35,471 bases of DNA, from positions 1-35,471 of the forward strand of contig JBMFSQ010000032.1 of NCBI GenBank assembly GCA_049967475.1. Direction: 5' to 3'. The translations under genes were made by a program, and so were the position numbers. Shown one piece after another: positions 1 through 9,310 of this stretch (positions are counted from its first letter, which is position 1; every line of letters starts with the position of its first letter). The notes below the pieces were generated by a model that was given only the letters and a program-made list of their open reading frames with translations, was not told the origin of the DNA and searched no databases. This stretch comes from Chthonomonadales bacterium (GTDB lineage: Bacteria; Armatimonadota; Chthonomonadetes; Chthonomonadales; CAJBBX01).

Positions 1-1
1 C

Positions 2-46
2 GTCGTGGCCAGCCTCAAGGAAAAGTACACCGGCGAGGAGGGTTAG
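2..46 (+). CDS. 3' end of an unknown gene entering from the left edge (VVASLKEKYTGEEG*)
   Basis: Open frame with typical high-GC codon usage. Its TAG at 44-46 overlaps the stop of the convergent GH38 gene. Too short to identify. Confidence 0.35.
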   Translation, partial: VVASLKEKYTGEEG

Positions 47-3000
47 CGGATCAGACCAAGCTTGAGCGTGATGATGCTGCGGGGCCCAAGCGTTACCTCG
101 GTGCGGGTCGCGCCGACGGGTCGGGGATCTGCAATGGGCTCTCCCATGAGGTTCAGGAGCTGGATCCATCCAATGCGCCCCTTGGGCACAGCCAGCACGG
201 CACGGGCCGCATGGAACGACGGATTGTATAGCCGCGCAACCAGCCCGGATCCGCCGGCGTACGTTTCCGCTGCCATAACCGGCAAGGACACGCCGAACAG
301 GCTCCCTTCTGCCGGCGCAACAACGCCCTCGTGGGCCGCAACGCACAGGGTGGCAGGGATGTTGACGTATGCCTCACGCGGATCTTCCATGGTGTCAAGA
401 GCAGCCCATCCGAAGCGCACGGCTCGCGCGGCATCGAAGGCACCGCCCGTGAGGCGCAGAGCGTAGGAGAAGACGAGATCGCCTCCCTGGCCGGCTTTGT
501 AATTCGTGTGCCAGTAGTTGTTGAACACGTAACTGAATAGGGTCCCGGAGGCCGAGATGTGGGCCCTCCATGCACCCCGAAAGATATCGCCCACCGTTAT
601 GAGGGGAGCATGGGGCGTCGCCAGATAGGCCGTTACGGATCCGTCACTTACGGCAGCGAAGCTATTTGCGGTGTACCATTCACGGCAGGCGCCTGGGAGC
701 TGCTCCTTCTCCACCTGCACCACGCCATAGGGCAGATCCACCCAATCCGCTGCCTTCCGGGGTTGCTGCAATCGGAACGGGAAGGCAAAATACCCGGCCT
801 CTTTGAGCAGCGTCATGGGCTTGTGGATCACGTTGCGCATTACGAGGTTCCCCAAGGCATCGAAGGTCAGCGTCGTGTCACAACTGGGCAGCCCGTCTCC
901 CTGGCGGGTAATCTCCAGAACCCCCAGCACCGGTCCGTCGGCAATTAGGCGTACGCGGGCCTTCGTGTGCGTGCGGATATCGAGTTTGGGTTGGGGCAAT
1001 CCCGGATGCACGATCCCCGTGTCGTTATCGCCACCGAGCACATACAGAAATTGGTTCAACTTATACGGAGACGTCCCGTCCACCCACTCGCGCCCCGTCC
1101 TCAGTTCCTTCAGACTTGCAATGCCTCCGGTGACGGGATCCAGCCTCAGTTGAAATTGCTTCGTTTTCCACGTGAATGCGTCGGAACCAGGGGAGAGCAC
1201 CGGCCTCCAAGCCGCCGGTCCCTTCTCTTCCAGCACGAATGCGCGCCACCCGCAAGGGGGCACGCGCCGCGCAACGAAATACAGCCGTCCCTGGTTCCAC
1301 TGAGCCGGCGCCCATGCCTTGGAGGCTCTATCGCGCACACGCACCGGCTCCGACGCTTGCGCGGGAACCCACGCGACACAGTCTTGCGTCCACGAGTGGG
1401 GGTTCCACACCACGACGGTCCGCTGACTGCGTGCATCCCCGCTCCCGGAGGATTGGAGCTTTGCAGCGGCTGCAAGTCTGCCGACCGCCTGAGCTTCCCG
1501 CTGCGAAGCCTCCTGGGCAGCACGATGGGCAAAGGCCGCCTTGAACGCCCACTGCTTGACGGTCTGCTCGGACTGCGGCTGGCTGATGGAGCACCAAGCG
1601 CCCCACGTGTGTTCGTCGTAGAATAGAAGATTGCGCCAGGTGGAGGCGTCTTCGCTGGTCTGGGGCAAAGGCGCTCCCGCCAAAACGGCCATACTGTTCC
1701 ATCGCTGAGCCTGTTCCAGGCGAGCGCGCGCCCAGCGAACCAGGGCGGTCTCCAGCGCCGACGATCCTGCGCCATCCTCCCAATAGGTGCCCAGATCGCC
1801 GCGAAACACGGGGAGCTTGCGGCCTACCGTGGCCTCCACATAATGGAAAAAGGCTGGTTCCGTGGACACGATGATCTTGGGATACTCCCAGGTGCGGTTC
1901 CATTCCTCCGCCACGCGGGCGTATCGGGGGGTCATGGGCTGATTGTCCGAGAAGGCTCCATATACGAAGACCGCGTCAGATGGGTAATCCGGCCGGTCAA
2001 AGGAGCGGAGCCACCCGGTGAGGCGCTGCCCAAGCGTGTCTGCATTGTCGGTGAGACCCAAGGCCGATGCTTGAGCGTAGCCTTCGGCCAACCAGGCAAG
2101 CACGCGGGAGCCGTCGAACCACTCCCACCAGAAGGGTGATTGGCGCATCCGCCTATCTGCGTGGGCAAAGAGGGGGCCCCGGTCTTGGTTCACTCCTTCG
2201 GCAAAGTACCGGATGCCTGACTTGGCAAGGACCATGGGCAGGGTTCCCACCGAAGTAGGGACATCGGTTAGATTGGCGGCCTCTACCCGGAAACCGTAGC
2301 TTCGGGCCAGCTCGTGACTGCGGCGCACCGAAGCGATGAGCTCCTCCCCATCGCACAGACCGGTAAGCATGTTAAGGTAGAGCCCAGGGAGGCCGATGCG
2401 CCCCTCGCGGATGCGCCGCATCAATTGGCGGAAGGCCGGAAGGTTTCGGTCCTTCAGGAAATCCGCTTGAGCCGCCACTTCGAGGTTCCATCGGAAGGAG
2501 GCATCCCGGGCGCACGCCTCGAGCGCTTTGAGCGTGTTCTCGTTGTGCCTCTCGAATACCCGCTCCTGCAGATCCGTGTATCCGATATCGGTGTGGCTGG
2601 AGGGAACCACGTAGACCCGCCAATGCCGTTCCGGCCGGCCCTCCACCACCACCGAATGCCACGAACCGGCCTTGAGCGATATCGAAATCGTGCGTGCCTC
2701 CTTCTTTTGGAATGGCGGGACAAGAACGTAGACGGTATTGGCGCCCGGCTGCACCGCGAACTGTTGGAGCTTCGTTCCGGCCGTCTTCACCTCCACACGA
2801 TCCGCAGTGCCCAGGCTGTTGAAAACAAGACGCACCGCCTGGAGGAGCCTCTTCCCTTCACTCCGAAAGAGGGGCGTGCTTTCGGCCTGGATACCGTCCA
2901 CATCCTCCTGCGGCAAGGCGATGCCGGCCTCCATGGCGATGTGGTCGTAGAGCATCCAGCTTCCGCTGATTGTGGTGATCGCCAAGGTATTCACGCCTTC

Positions 3001-3510
3001 ACGGAGGCTGGCGGGAGCAATGGGAATGATCACACGCACCGGCCGGCCCACGTGCGCGTCTGTGAGAGAGCGGTCATCGGCTCCAGGCGGAAGTTGATAA
3101 CGATAGGGGCGGCCGCCATTCAGGACGATCTGAAGCAGAGGAGGGGCGCCGTAATGAGTATTGGCCAGCTCCAGATCCACCCGGCATGCATCTTGGGGAA
3201 CCTTCGAGAGAGCGAACTGCACCGTGAAGGTGTGGGGTCGCGATCCGGCCCAGGCATCATCGGGACCCGGCTGGATAAAACTCCAGTCGCGAGAAGGATC
3301 GCTCGTCCCCACCACGTAGCGCACATCGCGTGGAAAACGGGCAAGGTATTCCTGGTAGCGGCCGAAGAGGGCGAACTGCGCCGGACCAGCCTTCGCCCGC
3401 CCTATACTCCAGAGCAGCACAGGTTCCGCGGCGGAAGTACGATGCGTCACCACAGCGAAGATGCCCATGGCAGCCGCAAACAGCAACCGCAGTGGTCGCG
3501 AGTTTCTCAT
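43..3510 (-). CDS. Secreted GH38-family (alpha-mannosidase-like) glycoside hydrolase with N-terminal PL4 domain III/CBM-like module
   Basis: Start moved to ATG at 3510 (MRNSRPLRLLFAAAM..., signal peptide) behind a GAGGAGAAGG RBS. Motifs VPSSHTDIGYTD (HxD), LTDVP (putative nucleophile), FSDNQP, YDEHTWG, NNYWHTNY. N-terminal LWSIG...QPGPDDAWAG...GSWMLYDHI module. Confidence 0.85.
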   Translation of the reverse strand: MRNSRPLRLLFAAAMGIFAVVTHRTSAAEPVLLWSIGRAKAGPAQFALFGRYQEYLARFPRDVRYVVGTSDPSRDWSFIQPGPDDAWAGSRPHTFTVQFALSKVPQDACRVDLELANTHYGAPPLLQIVLNGGRPYRYQLPPGADDRSLTDAHVGRPVRVIIPIAPASLREGVNTLAITTISGSWMLYDHIAMEAGIALPQEDVDGIQAESTPLFRSEGKRLLQAVRLVFNSLGTADRVEVKTAGTKLQQFAVQPGANTVYVLVPPFQKKEARTISISLKAGSWHSVVVEGRPERHWRVYVVPSSHTDIGYTDLQERVFERHNENTLKALEACARDASFRWNLEVAAQADFLKDRNLPAFRQLMRRIREGRIGLPGLYLNMLTGLCDGEELIASVRRSHELARSYGFRVEAANLTDVPTSVGTLPMVLAKSGIRYFAEGVNQDRGPLFAHADRRMRQSPFWWEWFDGSRVLAWLAEGYAQASALGLTDNADTLGQRLTGWLRSFDRPDYPSDAVFVYGAFSDNQPMTPRYARVAEEWNRTWEYPKIIVSTEPAFFHYVEATVGRKLPVFRGDLGTYWEDGAGSSALETALVRWARARLEQAQRWNSMAVLAGAPLPQTSEDASTWRNLLFYDEHTWGAWCSISQPQSEQTVKQWAFKAAFAHRAAQEASQREAQAVGRLAAAAKLQSSGSGDARSQRTVVVWNPHSWTQDCVAWVPAQASEPVRVRDRASKAWAPAQWNQGRLYFVARRVPPCGWRAFVLEEKGPAAWRPVLSPGSDAFTWKTKQFQLRLDPVTGGIASLKELRTGREWVDGTSPYKLNQFLYVLGGDNDTGIVHPGLPQPKLDIRTHTKARVRLIADGPVLGVLEITRQGDGLPSCDTTLTFDALGNLVMRNVIHKPMTLLKEAGYFAFPFRLQQPRKAADWVDLPYGVVQVEKEQLPGACREWYTANSFAAVSDGSVTAYLATPHAPLITVGDIFRGAWRAHISASGTLFSYVFNNYWHTNYKAGQGGDLVFSYALRLTGGAFDAARAVRFGWAALDTMEDPREAYVNIPATLCVAAHEGVVAPAEGSLFGVSLPVMAAETYAGGSGLVARLYNPSFHAARAVLAVPKGRIGWIQLLNLMGEPIADPRPVGATRTEVTLGPRSIITLKLGLIR

Positions 3511-3677
3511 TGACCTTCTCCTCGTACTGCATCGAGCCCAAGGGCACGCGGGCGCCGCGGTCATTGCGCTCCCGCTGCGCCCCTTCTGCAAAGAGGGAGG
3601 CAATACACCCTTGGGCATCGAAAGTAACTTTGCGCGAGCACGGGCGCTAATCCTCCCCGGCCGAAGGGAGCAGCCGA
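3511..3677. promoter_or_regulatory. Divergent intergenic promoter region containing the palindrome AAAGT-A-ACTTT (3621-3631)
   Basis: 167 bp between two divergent starts, each with an RBS. An AT-rich palindrome stands out against the GC-rich background. Confidence 0.4.
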
Positions 3678-6600
3678 ATGGAAGCCTCATTCCTTGTATG
3701 CCTTGTTCCGGCCGTCCTCGTGTATGCTCAAACCCCTCCACAGAGGCAAAGTGCCTTTTTGGACCTGGGCCCCAGCGCCACGCGCGATGCTGCAGTACGC
3801 CTGTTCCACACCCGCCTCGTGCCGCCGAGCCATGCGCTCAACGGTGTGAAGGTTCTTTGGATCCATTGGGACGCTCCAGAACCGCCCGCTGCAGCCGCCG
3901 CGCTGATTGCCTCGATCCGCCGGTTCGTGGAAGAGGGCGGAGGGCTGCTCCTCACGGGGCCGGCATTGTGCATGCTCAACGATTTGGGCGTAGAGCCCAT
4001 ACATCCGCGTTACCTGCCTCCCGGAGAAGATGCCATAGGTGTGGGCTTCCTTCCTTTGCTGCCCTGCCGTGCGCATCCGCTGTTCGCCGGTTTCACAGAA
4101 AGCGCCCCCATGGTGGCTTCCAGCGGCTTTCCGGCAATCTGTGACTTTTACGGCACCGGCGGCCCCAAGGGAGGCATCGTGCTCGCCAAGGCCGTCCCTG
4201 ATGCAGGCGAAAACCCCATCGTTGAATATCGCCTGGGCCGCGGCCGCATCCTCGCCATCGGATGGCGCCTGCCCGACTTTCGCCCCGTTTCCAATGCCTA
4301 TGCTTCCAGCCGCAACCTGCTCATCCGCAACGCTCTAAGCTACCTCGCCTCCGGCAAATGGTTCAACCTCCGCAAAGTGGAGGAATGGAACCAGCGCACA
4401 CTCTCCATGTTCCTCGTGCCCAATTCTCACGGCACCATCTGCGGGTGGTTGGTCCCGTGGACCGCAGAGCGCCGTAAAGTGGTGGAGGTCCTTCAGCACC
4501 ACCTGAACTACCTGCGCGCGGAACCTTCGTATCGGTTCGCCCTCTCGGAAGTTCCTAATATCATCAGCGCCCGAGATCTCCTGCCTCCTCGAGATTGGCA
4601 GTACCTTCTGTCGCAGATCAAGCTGGGACGTGTGGAATTGGTGAACAGTTTCTTTTTGGAACCCGACACCAACCTTGCTGATGGGGAAGCCCTTTGCCAG
4701 ATGGCCATCCAAGGAGTACGCTGGCAGCGGGACGTGATGGGCCATACGCCTTCCACCTGCTGGATGATAGATGCCGTAGGGATGCACAGTCAGATGCCCC
4801 AGATTGTGAGGAAAACCGGCATCGCCTCCATTGTCTTTACGCGTGGGAACCGATGCGGCAGCGAATTGTTCCAGTGGGAAGCCCCAGACGGAAGCCGAGT
4901 GGTGGCGGCTCACTGGCCCTATTACGCATATTTCGGTCAGCCCGACAGCCCGGGAGCCCTCTTCGACGCGAAGATTACTGAGGAAGCCGCCCAACGGGCG
5001 TTGGAGGCCACATCGCAAGCAGCCGCTGCAGCCGCCCCGGGTGACCGCGCCCTGATCCCCATCGGGAGCGGCGATTACTCGGAACCGCCCGCCCGCCCCG
5101 GCTTCATGGAGGACGCGCTTGCCCGGTGGAACCGAACGCATCCAACCCGCCCCATGGAGATCTCCACCCCAGGGCCTTTCTTCCGGTCCGTCGTTGGCGA
5201 TGGCCGTGCAATGGCGGCGCTGCCCGTCTACCGCGGGGAGTTGGACTACAGTTGGCCCGCATTCGACATCAACATGCCCTTCGTCAAGCAGCGCTTTCGA
5301 GCGGCCGAGCACTTGGTGACGGAGGCGGAGAAGGCAGCGACGTTGGCGAACATGGCCGGGATGGCGTACCCCGCTCAGCAGCTTCTGAACTGCTGGTACC
5401 TGTTACTGCTGAATATGGATCGGAACACCCTATGGGGCGCGGCCATCGAAGAGGTGTTTCGGGGTGCGGAGTGGAACGCCACAGACCGTTTTGACGCCGT
5501 TGAACATGCGGCATCGGAAGTCTTGCAGAAGTCGCTCACCTTCCTGGGGCATAGGTGTTCATCCGACGCAGGCCACCGAGCTCTCCTGCTGTTCAATCCC
5601 CTGTCGTGGAGGCGCGCCGCACTTCAGATTGTGGATCTTCCTGCCGGTACGCGCGGATGGCGGCTCCAGGATGCCCATGGCCGCGAGATCCCCGTGCAAC
5701 TGCTGGAGGGGCCAGGTCATTCGCGGCTGGCGATAAAGGTCTCTCTGCCGGCGCTGGGCTACCGATTGCTGCGCATAGACCCTACGGAACTCCATGCCCA
5801 ACCGTTTGTCCATGCAACAGAATGGCGCTTCACCACGCGCTTCTATACCCTTACGCTGGATCCCGCTACCGGGGCAATCCAAAGCCTGACGAACACCGGC
5901 GGGCATGAACTTCTTGCCGGGCCATCCAACGTGCTTACAGAGGAGACGGGTGCGGACGAGCACTTTCCCAAACCCCGTAACCAGAGGAGCGTCACCGCCA
6001 CATCGAGCGACGGTCCTGCGCCTCGCATCCGTGTGCGCCGCGGGCCCCTCGCAACAGAGATCCGCATCGAAGGCCGCCTGGGCTCTTCGCTCGTAGTGCG
6101 GAACCTCATCCTTTACAAGGATATCCCTCGCATAGACTGCAGCACTGAATTGGATTGGCGGGGTTCTTCGCGCATCGTAGCCATCCGCTTCCGCATCGGC
6201 GGTAACGTCACGACCGCTTGCGGTATCCCCTACGGCCAGGTGCAGCGCGGGGACGGCTTCTTCCCCACCGTTGGGTGGAGCGACCACTCGGCCGGCGCGG
6301 GCGGATTGGCTCTACTGGACCGGGGCATTCCCAATCGCGAAATCTACGGCCACGACATTGCGCTTCTGGTTCTTAACAGCGTTCCCCAGTATATGGGCCA
6401 TCCGTGTCCTTCCCTGGCCGGCAACGGAAAGCAGGTCTTCGAGTATGCCCTCATTCCCCACGGTCCTGAATGGAAGGCCTGGCGTACTGCTGCCGCCTCA
6501 TGGGAATTTGAGGAAGCACCAGTGGCCCAAGAGGCGGCGCCCTCAGGCACGGAGCCATGGCAACGGACCTACGGGGACACGGGTCCCAGAGTGATCCTGA

Positions 6601-6860
6601 GCGCCCTTCGGCGGGAAGGCGATCACACGGTTGTGCGCCTCGTGAACCTGGACGATCGGCCCGCTTCCGGACTGCGCCTGCGCTTCCGCCACGGATCCGT
6701 CGGCGTTACAAACCTTCTGGGTGAAGCAATCTCCGAGGCGGATGTTCCGTCGCAGCTCATGCCCCAAGAGATCCGCACACTGAAGGTTGCCGCGGGGATC
6801 GGCGCGGCCCGTACCACCCCTCTCCGGAGCTGGAGCGAGTTGACGGACAAACTGAAATGA
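3678..6860 (+). CDS. Divergent GH38-fold glycoside hydrolase with N-terminal class I GATase-like (DUF4960/ThuA-like) domain
   Basis: RBS GAAGGGAG and signal peptide. VLWIHWD...FVEEGGGLLLTG domain. GH38 hallmarks EPDTNLADGEALCQM, WMIDAVGMHSQMPQI, FQWEAPDGSRV, FNPLSWRR, IPRIDCSTELDW. Confidence 0.8.
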   Translation: MEASFLVCLVPAVLVYAQTPPQRQSAFLDLGPSATRDAAVRLFHTRLVPPSHALNGVKVLWIHWDAPEPPAAAAALIASIRRFVEEGGGLLLTGPALCMLNDLGVEPIHPRYLPPGEDAIGVGFLPLLPCRAHPLFAGFTESAPMVASSGFPAICDFYGTGGPKGGIVLAKAVPDAGENPIVEYRLGRGRILAIGWRLPDFRPVSNAYASSRNLLIRNALSYLASGKWFNLRKVEEWNQRTLSMFLVPNSHGTICGWLVPWTAERRKVVEVLQHHLNYLRAEPSYRFALSEVPNIISARDLLPPRDWQYLLSQIKLGRVELVNSFFLEPDTNLADGEALCQMAIQGVRWQRDVMGHTPSTCWMIDAVGMHSQMPQIVRKTGIASIVFTRGNRCGSELFQWEAPDGSRVVAAHWPYYAYFGQPDSPGALFDAKITEEAAQRALEATSQAAAAAAPGDRALIPIGSGDYSEPPARPGFMEDALARWNRTHPTRPMEISTPGPFFRSVVGDGRAMAALPVYRGELDYSWPAFDINMPFVKQRFRAAEHLVTEAEKAATLANMAGMAYPAQQLLNCWYLLLLNMDRNTLWGAAIEEVFRGAEWNATDRFDAVEHAASEVLQKSLTFLGHRCSSDAGHRALLLFNPLSWRRAALQIVDLPAGTRGWRLQDAHGREIPVQLLEGPGHSRLAIKVSLPALGYRLLRIDPTELHAQPFVHATEWRFTTRFYTLTLDPATGAIQSLTNTGGHELLAGPSNVLTEETGADEHFPKPRNQRSVTATSSDGPAPRIRVRRGPLATEIRIEGRLGSSLVVRNLILYKDIPRIDCSTELDWRGSSRIVAIRFRIGGNVTTACGIPYGQVQRGDGFFPTVGWSDHSAGAGGLALLDRGIPNREIYGHDIALLVLNSVPQYMGHPCPSLAGNGKQVFEYALIPHGPEWKAWRTAAASWEFEEAPVAQEAAPSGTEPWQRTYGDTGPRVILSALRREGDHTVVRLVNLDDRPASGLRLRFRHGSVGVTNLLGEAISEADVPSQLMPQEIRTLKVAAGIGAARTTPLRSWSELTDKLK

Positions 6861-9262
6861 GCCTATTCTTGGCTTTTCTGACGTTGGCTGCCGCATCCAG
6901 GCCCAAGGCGATGCCCATGGCAGGTATTCATACCTTTGTGATCTACGAGCCCGTGCTGACGGCGCAAGACGCATCCATTCTGCAACGCCTCAAACCCGAC
7001 CTCGTATGCAGGGCCTGGTTCAAGTGGGGAACTTCCCTCAATTGGGCCGCTCTCGCACCCCTGGCACATGGGTGCAAGGAGTACGGCGTGCTGTTGCAGG
7101 GCGGCATCACAGTAGCTGCCATCTATCCGGGCGAGAATGGAATGGACGAGGACACATTTCGCGATTTCGCCACCACCGATGTGGAAGGCCGCCTCGTCCA
7201 GATCGGCGGTCCTCGCGGATGGTATCACCTGAGCCTGTACAACCCCAAGGTGATCCGATACCTGGAGGAAGACGTGCGCCGACAGATTGACGCCGGCGCC
7301 GCAGGCATTTGGTACGACGAAATCGAAGGCTATTACGATTGGATCCCAACCGAAGGCTACGACCGGTATGCGTGCACAGCCTTTCGGGATTGGCTCATCG
7401 CCAAATACTGCCGCGGGAAAGGCTGGTCCGAGAACGATGGGCGCTGGCGCACTCATTTCGGCATAGACCTGGCACGATATGGCGGTTCCATCCGGAACTT
7501 CGACTACAGGGACTACCTCCTCAGCACGCCAGGGCTTGGCGGGAAGCCGTTGGCGGTGGATCCTCCCCAAGGGGATCCGCGCCGATGGGAAACTTCGCCG
7601 AACCCGCTCTACCGAGAATGGGGCTATGCCTGGGACCGCCGGGCCAAGGGCACCTTCCGCTTCGACACGGTAAGCCGTATCTTCCAGGAACTGCTCCAGG
7701 ATGCGAACCGCTACGCCTGGACGAAATATCGTCGCCGCCTCATCAACACCTACAACCATAATGGGACGGCTCGACCGGGAGTGTCCTTCCTGCAGCCGCA
7801 TAACCCTTCCCAGCCGCCCATACTCGACGGCCGCCTCGATGCGCGCGTGAGCGCCCTCCCATGGTATGAGGCGGTCGTGCACGACGCTGCTGAAGTGGAT
7901 CCTTCCGTGCCCGTAGTCTTCTTTGTAGATTGGCCTGGTGAAACAGACCGGCTTGCGGCCCTGCCCCGCGAGGACCAACTGCTGTTCTTCGCACTTTATA
8001 TTCCCGAAGCCTACGCGGCAGGCGGCGAGTTCGCATTGCCGATCCGCGGGTACACCTACAGCGCCAGGGATCAAGGGACGCTGGGATACCTTGCTCGGAT
8101 GCTGGCTTTTTACCGGTCTCTGGCGCCTTGGCTTCGGGGGTCCCACGCCGTCGCCGGGCCTGTTCATGCGCCGGAAGGTGTTGCTGCGCGCGCCCGGCGG
8201 TGCCCCCGCGGGGTCGCGGTGCACCTGGTCAATCACCGATTTACACTGGCCACACACTCTCTGCAGAAGCTCAAAGACGTAGTCGTCACATTGCCGTGGG
8301 CCGGGCCCGCGCCCGGAGAGATCGTGGAAGTGTCTCCGGACACACCCAAGGCGCTGCCCGTACGATGCCGCAGTGGAAAGGCAACCATTACGTTGATTGT
8401 GCCCGAACTGGAAAAGAGCGCCATGGTCCTTTTGCCGAACAAGGACGTGAAGGTGTCGCCTCCCTTCCGTTCTGCACGGGCAATCCCCGCGGGCGTGCCC
8501 GAAGCGGCAGGTGTTCTGTACGATCAATTCGGCATTCCCATGCGTAACGCCGTACTTCATGTGGGAGGCCGCACGTACCGTGCCGATAGCTGGGGCCGGT
8601 ACCGCGTCCCCGCCGGAGCGGTTGCAGCCAGACTTGAGTTCCCCGGTGAACCTGAACTTCCATTGCCCCTCCTTCCCGGCTTTGCGTGCTGGCGTCTGGA
8701 AGCCGGCGAAGAGGCCGTCGGCTCCTTTGCAAACGGCTTGGGGGGCTTCGTTGCCAATTGGAGCGGCAAAGGGGAGGCCGCCGACGCCGTGCGCATCCGC
8801 ACCGAACGCCATCTGGGCTCCGCGTCGCTCCGATGCGATTTCCTGCCGGTACGAGCGCTGTGGCGCAATGTGTACTCGCCCCGCGTGGCCGCACGCGGCA
8901 TGGACGAAATCGAGATCGTTTACTGCGGCGACGGTTCCAACGGCGCGGTTCAGGCTACCATCCAGGCGTTGGGCCGGCCTGAAGGGGATCACTTCTACTC
9001 TGCGCCGCTTCCTTTGCGGCCGCGCACGTGGACTACAATCCGCCTGCCCTTCACCGAATTTCGCGACGGCGAAGGGCACCCATATAAGCCACAGGGCTCC
9101 GGGTGGATCTCCTTCCAGATTTCGGCAGGTGGAGATTGGCGCGGAACGGGAACGGTCTGGCTGAAGTCCGTGCGTCTGATAAGGCAGGGCGGCTCCCGCC
9201 TCAGGCTGGCGTGGCGGCAAGATGCCTTTGATTTCGACACAGTGGATGTAGACCGTCAATAG
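6857..9262 (+). CDS. Secreted multidomain hypothetical protein: putative TIM-barrel glycosidase, beta-sandwich, carboxypeptidase-regulatory-like domain and CBM11/CIA30-like domain
   Basis: ATGA overlap with the upstream gene and a signal peptide. LYNPKVIRYL...QIDAGAAGIWYDE, GYDRYACTAFRDWL, VAVHLVNH, GVLYDQFGIPMRNA, GDGSN...WTTIRLPFTEF. Confidence 0.65.
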   Translation: MSLFLAFLTLAAASRPKAMPMAGIHTFVIYEPVLTAQDASILQRLKPDLVCRAWFKWGTSLNWAALAPLAHGCKEYGVLLQGGITVAAIYPGENGMDEDTFRDFATTDVEGRLVQIGGPRGWYHLSLYNPKVIRYLEEDVRRQIDAGAAGIWYDEIEGYYDWIPTEGYDRYACTAFRDWLIAKYCRGKGWSENDGRWRTHFGIDLARYGGSIRNFDYRDYLLSTPGLGGKPLAVDPPQGDPRRWETSPNPLYREWGYAWDRRAKGTFRFDTVSRIFQELLQDANRYAWTKYRRRLINTYNHNGTARPGVSFLQPHNPSQPPILDGRLDARVSALPWYEAVVHDAAEVDPSVPVVFFVDWPGETDRLAALPREDQLLFFALYIPEAYAAGGEFALPIRGYTYSARDQGTLGYLARMLAFYRSLAPWLRGSHAVAGPVHAPEGVAARARRCPRGVAVHLVNHRFTLATHSLQKLKDVVVTLPWAGPAPGEIVEVSPDTPKALPVRCRSGKATITLIVPELEKSAMVLLPNKDVKVSPPFRSARAIPAGVPEAAGVLYDQFGIPMRNAVLHVGGRTYRADSWGRYRVPAGAVAARLEFPGEPELPLPLLPGFACWRLEAGEEAVGSFANGLGGFVANWSGKGEAADAVRIRTERHLGSASLRCDFLPVRALWRNVYSPRVAARGMDEIEIVYCGDGSNGAVQATIQALGRPEGDHFYSAPLPLRPRTWTTIRLPFTEFRDGEGHPYKPQGSGWISFQISAGGDWRGTGTVWLKSVRLIRQGGSRLRLAWRQDAFDFDTVDVDRQ

Positions 9263-9310
9263 CCCGGCCGCGCCCTTAGGGCCATGGAGGGAGCAGCGAG
9301 GAGGCATAGG

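Noticed and set aside
3511..3741. N-terminal extensions in the ORF track (also 21086-21421, 24368-24916, 33291-33644)
   Set aside because: They overlap neighbouring genes. Better starts with an RBS, signal peptide or domain boundary lie downstream.
6863..9307. 814-aa antisense ORF
   Set aside because: Shadow of the + strand gene, typical of high-GC codon bias; no recognisable motifs.
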